The notes under the pieces were generated by a model that did not search any database, was not told the origin of the DNA, and was given only the letters and a program-made list of their open reading frames with translations. The position numbers and the translations under genes were made by a program. Shown here piece after piece: positions 1-7,110 of a stretch of DNA of 64,000 nt (its first letter is position 1; the number at the start of each line of letters is the position of its first letter). Source of the stretch: Novosphingobium sp. (GTDB taxonomy: Bacteria > Pseudomonadota > Alphaproteobacteria > Sphingomonadales > Sphingomonadaceae); assembly GCA_041909515.1 (NCBI GenBank), contig JAYRDH010000008.1:905-64904 (forward strand), given 5' to 3'.

Positions 1-1
1 C

Positions 2-1039
2 GATGGCCACGCGGACTTGTCCTACGTCTATGCCGTGGCGCAGGAAATCGGCGAGAACCTGAAGCAGCCGGCGGTGATCGTCACCAAGTCGACCGTCCCG
101 GTCGGCACCGGCGACGAGGTGGAGCGCATCCTGGCGCAGGCCAACCCCGGCGTGCAGTTCGCGGTGGCTTCCAACCCGGAATTCCTGCGCGAGGGCGCGG
201 CGATCAGCGACTTCAAGCGCCCTGACCGGATCGTCGTCGGCACCGAGGACGACTGGGCGCGGGGGGTGATGAACGAGGTCTATCGCCCGCTGTTCCTGAA
301 CAAGGCGCCGATCCTGTTCACCTCGCGCCGCTCGTCCGAGTTGATCAAGTATGCCGCCAACGCGTTCCTGGCGGTGAAGATCACCTTCATCAACGAAATG
401 GCCGACTTGTGCGAAAAGGTCGGCGCGAACGTGCAGGACGTATCGCGCGGAATCGGAATGGACGGGCGGATCGGGTCCAAGTTCCTCCACGCCGGGCCGG
501 GCTATGGCGGATCGTGCTTCCCCAAGGATACGCTGGCCCTGCTCAAGACCGCAGAAGACTATGAGGCGCCGACCCGGATCGTCGAGGCAGTGGTCAAGGT
601 CAACGATGCCCGCAAGCGCGCGATGGGCCGCAAGGTGATTGACGCGTTGGGCGGCATGGATGCCGCGCGCGGCAAGCAGGTCGCGCTGCTGGGCCTGACC
701 TTCAAGCCGAACACGGACGACATGCGCGATGCGCCGTCGATCGCCATCGCGCTGGCGCTGGACGATGCCGGGGTCAGGGTCACCGCCTATGACCCCGAAG
801 GTATGAGCCATGCCGCGCCGCTGATGGCCAACGTGGCAATGAAGGACAGCGCCTATGCCGCGATCGAGGGCGCCGACGCGGTAGTCATCGTCACCGAATG
901 GGATGCCTTCCGCGCGCTGGACCTGGACCGGGTGAAGAAGCTGGCCAAGGCCCCGGTGCTGGTCGATCTGCGCAACGTCTATGACCCGGCGGAAGTGCGC
1001 GCCAAGGGCTTTCACTACACCAGCATCGGTCGGCCGTAA
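2..1039 (+). CDS. ugd: UDP-glucose 6-dehydrogenase (5' end lies before the window)
   Basis: SNPEFLREGAAISDF, KYAANAFLA, GYGGSCFPKD (catalytic Cys) and GLTFKPNTDDMRD motifs; frame is open from position 2. Confidence 0.97.
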   Translation, partial: DGHADLSYVYAVAQEIGENLKQPAVIVTKSTVPVGTGDEVERILAQANPGVQFAVASNPEFLREGAAISDFKRPDRIVVGTEDDWARGVMNEVYRPLFLNKAPILFTSRRSSELIKYAANAFLAVKITFINEMADLCEKVGANVQDVSRGIGMDGRIGSKFLHAGPGYGGSCFPKDTLALLKTAEDYEAPTRIVEAVVKVNDARKRAMGRKVIDALGGMDAARGKQVALLGLTFKPNTDDMRDAPSIAIALALDDAGVRVTAYDPEGMSHAAPLMANVAMKDSAYAAIEGADAVVIVTEWDAFRALDLDRVKKLAKAPVLVDLRNVYDPAEVRAKGFHYTSIGRP

Positions 1040-1041
1040 GA

Positions 1042-1200
1042 CCCTGATCCTCCCCGTTTTTGCCGCATGGCACAAATGGGGAGGTGGATCGCCGCAGGCG
1101 AGCCGGAGGGGTAATGGCGCGCGAGCAAGAGCCCCTCCGTCATTTGCTCCGCAAATGCCACCTCCCCATTTGTGCTGCGCAAAAACGGGGAGGGTCAGGG
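1042..1200. repeat. Palindromic intergenic element A (~159 bp, nested inverted repeats)
   Basis: Left end ccctgatcctccccgtttttg (1042-1062) pairs with right end caaaaacggggagggtcaggg (1180-1200); internal cacaaatggggaggtgg / ccacctccccatttgtg; same arms recur at 6797-6969. Confidence 0.85.
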
Positions 1201-1214
1201 GTGAATTCAAATTG

Positions 1215-1620
<406 letters not shown>

Positions 1621-1624
1621 ATCC

Positions 1625-2326
1625 CTATCTAGTCTTTCCCGTGTCGCGATCCAACAACAATCCGAACAGGATCGCCGAACATTCGCCATCGACCACCCCG
1701 TCGATCTTGTGCGGGCGCCAGCGCCGCTGAAATGCGCGGCACGCGGCGGCGGTATCCGAGATGTCATAGCCGAACCGTTCCAGCGCCAGAAAGAACGCGC
1801 CGTCGTTTTCATACGGGCTGGGCACCAGCAGGCGCGGACGGCGCAGCGCCAACCGATGCGCGGCCAGCAGGTCCCAGTCGAACAACTCGCCAGGATCCTC
1901 CTTGCGCGCCGGCGCAATGTCGGAATGACCAACCACGTTGGCGCGCGGGATGTCGTGACGCTGGACCATGTCGGAGAGCAGCGGCAGCAGCGCGGCCATT
2001 TGCGCGTCGGGAAACGGGCGATAGCCGAATTCATGCCCCGGATTAACCAGTTCGATCCCGATGCTGGCCGAATTGACATCGGTGATCCCGCGCCAGAACG
2101 ATTTGCCCGCGTGCCAGGCGCGCCGCTCCTCGCGCACCAGGCGGTGGACGGTGCCGTCCTCCTCGATGCAGTAATGCGCCGATACCTCGGCGGCGGGGTC
2201 GCACAGCCGCTCCAGCGCGGCTTCGGCGGTTTCCATGCCGGTATAGTGCAGCACCACCATCGAGATCGGCAGCAGCCGCTCGTTCCAGTTGGGCGATGGC
2301 GTTTCGCTGTGGATCAGTTCCGACAT
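1625..2326 (-). CDS. N-acetylmuramoyl-L-alanine amidase (Amidase_2, AmpD/AmiD-like) with C-terminal PG-binding segment
   Basis: VVLHYT, VSAHY, AWHAG, NSASIGIE, VVGHSDIAPARKEDPG motifs. Confidence 0.93.
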   Translation of the reverse strand: MSELIHSETPSPNWNERLLPISMVVLHYTGMETAEAALERLCDPAAEVSAHYCIEEDGTVHRLVREERRAWHAGKSFWRGITDVNSASIGIELVNPGHEFGYRPFPDAQMAALLPLLSDMVQRHDIPRANVVGHSDIAPARKEDPGELFDWDLLAAHRLALRRPRLLVPSPYENDGAFFLALERFGYDISDTAAACRAFQRRWRPHKIDGVVDGECSAILFGLLLDRDTGKTR

Positions 2327-2338
2327 GGCCGCGCGACC

Positions 2339-2980
2339 TTATGCTTCGGGCAGCACCGCCCCCATGACCAGCGCTTCATCACTGAGCGCGAACTGCACGC
2401 CGCCACCGTGCTTGCTGGCCAGTTGGTGGATCATCCAGGCCGGTGCGGTGCGGCTGGTCAACCCATCGGGGCTAAGCGAACCATCCAGCGCCTTGCCGAT
2501 TTCGGGATCGAAGGCAATCCGGGCCCCCGCTGCGCGAACCACGATCTCGCTTGCCCCGTCGCGGCTTTCCGCACCGATGTCCAGCGTGCCGCCGCGCACC
2601 AGCGCGTCCATGCCGATCATCGACAGGTTGAGCAGCACCTTGACCGCAGGCTTGGGCAGGGTCGCCGTGCCCAGCGCCCAATTGACCGAAATGCGCGCGT
2701 TGTTGCTGACCAGCGCATCGACCAGCGCGCGCGGCTCATCGATCAGGACCGAATCGCCAAAGCCACCCGCTGCGCCGAACGCCAGACGGAAGAACTTCAG
2801 CTTGTCAGCGCTGGTCTTGGCGCTCTGTTCCAGCAATTCCATGCAGCGCTTGCGCATTTCCGGGTCTCTTTCCTCGGCCAGCAGCTCCAACCCGTTGTTG
2901 AGCGCGCCGACCGGGCTAAGCAGATCGTGGCACAGGCGCGAACACAGCAGGGCGGCAAGGTCGAGCGTGGAATTGGTCAT
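2339..2980 (-). CDS. chpT: Histidine phosphotransferase ChpT
   Basis: LAALLCSRLCHDLLSPVGALNNGLELL and KLKFFRLAFGAAGG signatures; start set at MTNSTL (2980). Confidence 0.93.
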   Translation of the reverse strand: MTNSTLDLAALLCSRLCHDLLSPVGALNNGLELLAEERDPEMRKRCMELLEQSAKTSADKLKFFRLAFGAAGGFGDSVLIDEPRALVDALVSNNARISVNWALGTATLPKPAVKVLLNLSMIGMDALVRGGTLDIGAESRDGASEIVVRAAGARIAFDPEIGKALDGSLSPDGLTSRTAPAWMIHQLASKHGGGVQFALSDEALVMGAVLPEA

Positions 2981-3023
2981 GGGTGGGCAGGCTTCCGCGG
3001 CAATAGATGTGGTTTGCGCCCTC

Positions 3024-3422
3024 TTACCCTGCCGCGACTCGCAGGGGAAGCGGTTCAAAACCGCCGGGTTCATCGCGCCACAGAGATACCTCCAGATTGG
3101 CGATAATCGCCCAGACCCGCCCATCCCCGCTGGCCGCCGCGCGGTCGGTCACGGATGGTTCGGCCCGGCCGGTGGGATGCGAATGGTAATAGCCCAGCAC
3201 TGCCGGTCCCCCGACCCGCGCGGCGCGGTGCGCGGCGATCAACGCGGCGGGATCGATTTCGAAATGGCGGTCGGGCCGGGGATGGACGTTCGCGGTCGGC
3301 ACCGCCGCCAGAATTTCCCCGTCATCCAGCCCCAGAAGCAGCCCGCAGCACTCCTGCGGGTGGGCGCGTGTCGCTTCTTCCAGCAGTGTGGCCAAAACGC
3401 CACTTGTCACCGTGATTGCCAT
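3024..3422 (-). CDS. Mov34/MPN/JAB (M67) metallo-isopeptidase family protein
   Basis: ECCGLLLG plus an intact JAMM motif HSHPTGRAEPSVTD (HxH-x7-S-x2-D). Confidence 0.9.
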   Translation of the reverse strand: MAITVTSGVLATLLEEATRAHPQECCGLLLGLDDGEILAAVPTANVHPRPDRHFEIDPAALIAAHRAARVGGPAVLGYYHSHPTGRAEPSVTDRAAASGDGRVWAIIANLEVSLWRDEPGGFEPLPLRVAAG

Positions 3423-3438
3423 CCCCAAGTTCCTAGCA

Positions 3439-4389
3439 ATGATTGAGGGGGATTCCATCATTTCCGGCGTGATCGCCAGTGGCGGCCAGCGGCTTGACAA
3501 GGCGCTGGCCGATGCCAGCGGGCTGTCGCGCGAGCGGGTCAAGGCGCTGCTGGGCGAAGGCCGCATCGCACTGGCCGGGAAGACCGCGACATCGGGTTCG
3601 GCCAAACCGGCCGAGGGCACCCCGTTCACCATCACCGTCCCCGCCGCGATTCCGGCCGAGGCGCAGGCGCAGGACATCGCGCTGACCATTGCGTACGAAG
3701 ACGAATTCCTGATCGTCGTGGACAAGCCCGCCGGACTGGTCGTCCACCCCGCCGCCGGAAACCTGGACGGCACGCTGGTCAACGCGCTGCTGCACCATTG
3801 CCGGGGGCAGCTCTCCGGCATCGGCGGGGTCGCCCGCCCCGGCATCGTCCACCGGATCGACAAGGATACCTCCGGCCTGCTGGTCGTCGCCAAGACCGAC
3901 GCCGCGCACGAAGGGCTGGCCGCGCAGTTCGCCGACCATTCGATCGAGCGGGCTTATCTGGCGATTGTCGGCGGGTTGCCCACGCCCGTCTCCGGCACGA
4001 TTCGCGGGGCGATTGCCCGGTCCAGCCACGACCGCAAGAAAATGGCGCTGGTCGAAGACGGGCGCGGGAAACACGCCGTCACCCATTACAAGTTGCTTGA
4101 ACGCCTGGACTCCGCCGCGCTGGTCGAATGTCGGCTGGAAACCGGACGAACCCACCAGGTGCGCGTTCACATGGCGTCAATCGGTCACCCGCTATTGGGT
4201 GATCCGGTTTATGGACGCACACCTTCACGGCTTCGGCCGCTGCTTAACCAGCTTCACTTTCACCGACAGGCCCTGCACGCCGCCGTGCTGGGCTTCATCC
4301 ATCCCGTCACGGGGGCCGCGATTCGCCTTGAAAGCACGCTGCCCGCCGACATGGCGGAACTGTTGGTCGAATTGAGGGCACCAAGCTGA
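3439..4389 (+). CDS. rluD: RluA-family 23S rRNA pseudouridine synthase RluD
   Basis: N-terminal S4-like RLDKAL...SRERVKALL, VDKPAGLVVHP, GIVHRIDKDTSG (catalytic Asp), LETGRTHQVRVH. Confidence 0.93.
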   Translation: MIEGDSIISGVIASGGQRLDKALADASGLSRERVKALLGEGRIALAGKTATSGSAKPAEGTPFTITVPAAIPAEAQAQDIALTIAYEDEFLIVVDKPAGLVVHPAAGNLDGTLVNALLHHCRGQLSGIGGVARPGIVHRIDKDTSGLLVVAKTDAAHEGLAAQFADHSIERAYLAIVGGLPTPVSGTIRGAIARSSHDRKKMALVEDGRGKHAVTHYKLLERLDSAALVECRLETGRTHQVRVHMASIGHPLLGDPVYGRTPSRLRPLLNQLHFHRQALHAAVLGFIHPVTGAAIRLESTLPADMAELLVELRAPS

Positions 4390-4480
4390 CGCATTGGTGT
4401 AGATAGAAAGCCTGTGTGGCCACCGCCGGGGGATGCCTCTAAAGGGTCCTGCAATGGGTGGGCCGACGTTGAAAGGACGA

Positions 4481-5410
4481 ATGAGTCTTATGCCCGAACG
4501 CAATCGCAATCTGCCCGCCAGCAGCGGCGCCACGATGCCCAGCCTGGGCGGAGAGCAGAGCCTCAACCGCTATCTGACCGAGATCAAGAAGTTCCCGGTG
4601 CTGACGGCCGAGCAGGAATACATGCTCGCCAAGCGCTATGCCGAACATCAGGACCCCGAAGCGGCAGCCCAGCTGGTGACCAGCCACCTGCGGCTCGTGG
4701 CGAAGATCGCCATGGGCTATCGCGGCTATGGCCTGCCGGTGTCGGAACTGATTTCCGAAGGCAACATCGGCCTGATGCAGGGCGTCAAGAAATTCGAACC
4801 CGATCGGGGCTTCCGCCTGGCGACTTACGCGATGTGGTGGATCAAGGCGTCGATGCAGGAATTCATCCTGCGCAGCTGGTCCCTCGTCAAGATGGGCACC
4901 ACTGCCGCGCAGAAGAAGCTGTTCTTCAACTTGCGCCGGATGAAGAAGAACCTCGACGCCTATGAGGATTCCGATCTTCACCCCGATGACGTGAAGACCA
5001 TCGCGACCAAGCTGGGCGTGTCGGAAACCGAAGTCGTCAACATGAACCGCCGCATGATGATGGGCGGCGATGCCAGCCTCAATGTCTCCTTCAACGAGGA
5101 AGGCGAAGGCCAGTGGCAGGACATGTTGCAGGACGACCGTCCGCTGCAGGACGAAATGGTCGCCGAAGGACAGGAAGCGGGCATGCGCCACGCCCTGCTG
5201 GTCGAAGCCATGGCCAGCCTGAACGAGCGTGAGCGCCACATCCTGACCCAGCGCCGCCTGATCGACGAACCGCAGACGCTGGAAGAACTGAGCCAGGAAT
5301 ACAACGTCAGCCGCGAACGCGTCCGCCAGATCGAAGTGCGCGCTTTTGAAAAGCTGCAGAAGGCCATGCTGCGCATCGCGGACGACCGCCGCCTGCTGCC
5401 CGCCGCTTGA
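4481..5410 (+). CDS. rpoH: RNA polymerase sigma-32 factor
   Basis: ELISEGNIGLMQGVKKFEPDRGFRLATYAMWWIKA and RpoH box TTAAQKKLFFNLRR; GAAAGGA RBS before ATG 4481. Confidence 0.96.
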   Translation: MSLMPERNRNLPASSGATMPSLGGEQSLNRYLTEIKKFPVLTAEQEYMLAKRYAEHQDPEAAAQLVTSHLRLVAKIAMGYRGYGLPVSELISEGNIGLMQGVKKFEPDRGFRLATYAMWWIKASMQEFILRSWSLVKMGTTAAQKKLFFNLRRMKKNLDAYEDSDLHPDDVKTIATKLGVSETEVVNMNRRMMMGGDASLNVSFNEEGEGQWQDMLQDDRPLQDEMVAEGQEAGMRHALLVEAMASLNERERHILTQRRLIDEPQTLEELSQEYNVSRERVRQIEVRAFEKLQKAMLRIADDRRLLPAA

Positions 5411-5528
5411 TACGGATATACCCGCCGGACCCGACCGGGTCTGGCGGGCATGGCGCGTTCCGCAATTGAGCATTCCAGAATCGTATTCTAACACCGATCG
5501 CTCCACTCCCCAGGAAAGCCGTTCATTC

Positions 5529-6056
5529 GTGGAAGACCAGATCGCCAGCCCCGCCCCCATCGCCGACGCGCGCGCTGCGCGCGACCCCCTGCGTGAAGGG
5601 CGCACCAGCCGATCCGACAACATCAAGCTGGCCGGGCTGGAAGGGATCGTCGGCCTGCACCTGGGGATCGGCCATTCGCTGCTGGTGCAGCGGCTGGACC
5701 CCAAGCTGAAGGCGCTGGGGCTGACGGCCAAGCAGGTCACGATCATGTGGCTGGTGGAGGCAAACCCCACCATCACCCAGATCGAGATCGGCCGGTTCCT
5801 GGCGATCGAGCGCTCCACCATTCACCAGTTCACCCGCAGCCTGGTGAAGAACGGGATGATCGAGGTGGTGCAGAGCGAAACGGACGGCCGCTCCAGCCGG
5901 ATCGAACTGACCGCCAAGGGGCGTGACAGCCTGGCCCGCGCGCGCAAGGTAATCATCGCCCACGAAGCGGAAAACACCGCACAGCTCACCCCCATCGAAC
6001 GCCGCCTGCTGCTGGACCTGCTGTTCAAGCTGGGCGGGGCAATGACCTCTGGCTAG
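5529..6056 (+). CDS. MarR-family transcriptional regulator (CouR/FerC-like pattern)
   Basis: GLTAKQVTIMWLV..NP..TQIEIGRFLAIERSTI..LVKNGMI..DGRSSRIELTAKG winged helix; GTG start after CAGGAAAG. Confidence 0.85.
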   Translation: MEDQIASPAPIADARAARDPLREGRTSRSDNIKLAGLEGIVGLHLGIGHSLLVQRLDPKLKALGLTAKQVTIMWLVEANPTITQIEIGRFLAIERSTIHQFTRSLVKNGMIEVVQSETDGRSSRIELTAKGRDSLARARKVIIAHEAENTAQLTPIERRLLLDLLFKLGGAMTSG

Positions 6057-6108
6057 GCCGGGAATGCTGCGCTTGTTCAAGCCGTCGCGGCCCCGTGGCG
6101 ATTCCGGC

Positions 6109-6789
6109 ATGGCCTATCGCCTGGGCTGGATCCTGGGCCGCGCGATCATCTGGTTCCTGGCCATCAGCGTCGGCCTGACCGTGATCTACAAATGGGTGCC
6201 GGTGCCGATCACCGTGACCATGATCGCGGACCCCAACGGCTTTACCAAGGACTGGGAACCGCTCAGCCGGATTGACCGCAACATGGTGGCCGCCGTGATC
6301 GCGGGCGAGGACGCCAAGTTCTGTTCACATAACGGCTTCGATGCCGAAGCGATCGAACAGGCGATGGAGCGCAACGCCAAGGGCGGCCGCCTGCGCGGCG
6401 GGTCCACCATCAGCCAGCAGACCGCCAAGAACGTGTTCCTGTGGCAGGGTACCGGCTGGACGCGCTATGCCCGCAAGGGGCTGGAAGTGTGGTTCACCTT
6501 CCTGATCGAGCATATCTGGGGCAAGCGCCGGATCATGGAAGTGTACCTCAACGTCGCGGAAACCGGGATCGGCACGTACGGCGTCGAAGCCGGGGCGCAG
6601 CGCTATTACAACAAAAGCGCCGCGCGCCTCAGCCGGGTCGAGGCCGCCCGTATCGCCGCCGCCCTGCCCGCGCCCAAGCGCCGCGCGGTCACCGGCGCCA
6701 CCGGCTTCACCCGCCGCCACGGCAATGCGATTGCCGCGCGCAGCAGCGTGGTCCGCAACGAAGCGCTGGACGCCTGCGTTTACGAATAA
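6109..6789 (+). CDS. mtgA: Monofunctional biosynthetic peptidoglycan transglycosylase
   Basis: GT51 motifs GEDAKFCSHNGFD, RGGSTISQQTAKN, RKGLE, EVYLN; N-terminal TM helix; alternative start 6064. Confidence 0.95.
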   Translation: MAYRLGWILGRAIIWFLAISVGLTVIYKWVPVPITVTMIADPNGFTKDWEPLSRIDRNMVAAVIAGEDAKFCSHNGFDAEAIEQAMERNAKGGRLRGGSTISQQTAKNVFLWQGTGWTRYARKGLEVWFTFLIEHIWGKRRIMEVYLNVAETGIGTYGVEAGAQRYYNKSAARLSRVEAARIAAALPAPKRRAVTGATGFTRRHGNAIAARSSVVRNEALDACVYE

Positions 6790-6796
6790 CGTAAAA

Positions 6797-6969
6797 TCCT
6801 CCCCATTTTTGCTGCAAACACAAATGGAGAGGGGGACCATCCCGCAGGGATGGTGGAGAGGATGCGGCTCTGGCCCTGCCCTGCCCGCGTTGGCCTGAAC
6901 CGCACTTGCGCCTCAGTCGGCGGCTTTGCCGCTGCCACCTCCCCATTTGGCTGCGCAAAACGGAGAGGA
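6797..6969. repeat. Palindromic intergenic element B (same family as A)
   Basis: tcctccccatttttgc...cacaaatggagagg on the left and gccacctccccatttgg-ctgcgcaaaacggagagga on the right, near-identical to element A arms; internal ggaccatcccgcagggatggtgg hairpin. Confidence 0.85.
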
Positions 6970-7045
6970 GCCTGCTGCCCAGCTTCACCCGGTCGCCGCT
7001 CAGCCTGAGCTTGTCGAAGGCCCTTCCATCAAGCCGCCAGCGCCC

Positions 7046-7080
7046 AAACAAAAAGGGGCGGCACCGCAGTGCCACCCCTT
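7046..7080 (-). terminator. Rho-independent terminator after the TonB-dependent receptor
   Basis: Stem ggggcggcac / gtgccacccc with cgca loop; minus-strand TTTTTGTTT tail. Confidence 0.75.
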
Positions 7081-7110
7081 CGTGTTGGGTTGGTTCCGGT
7101 CCCGGTGGGA

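Noticed and set aside
2981-3124. N-terminal extensions in the ORF track (chpT, JAB, marR, tig, serS, rimO, DUF192, recX and others)
   Set aside because: They overlap neighbouring genes or tRNAs and lack homology; downstream starts with RBS-like sequences fit better.
3024-3422. JAB protein as part of a CBASS/Bil-type defence system
   Set aside because: No cyclase, E1/E2, ubiquitin-like or effector gene nearby; it sits among housekeeping genes.
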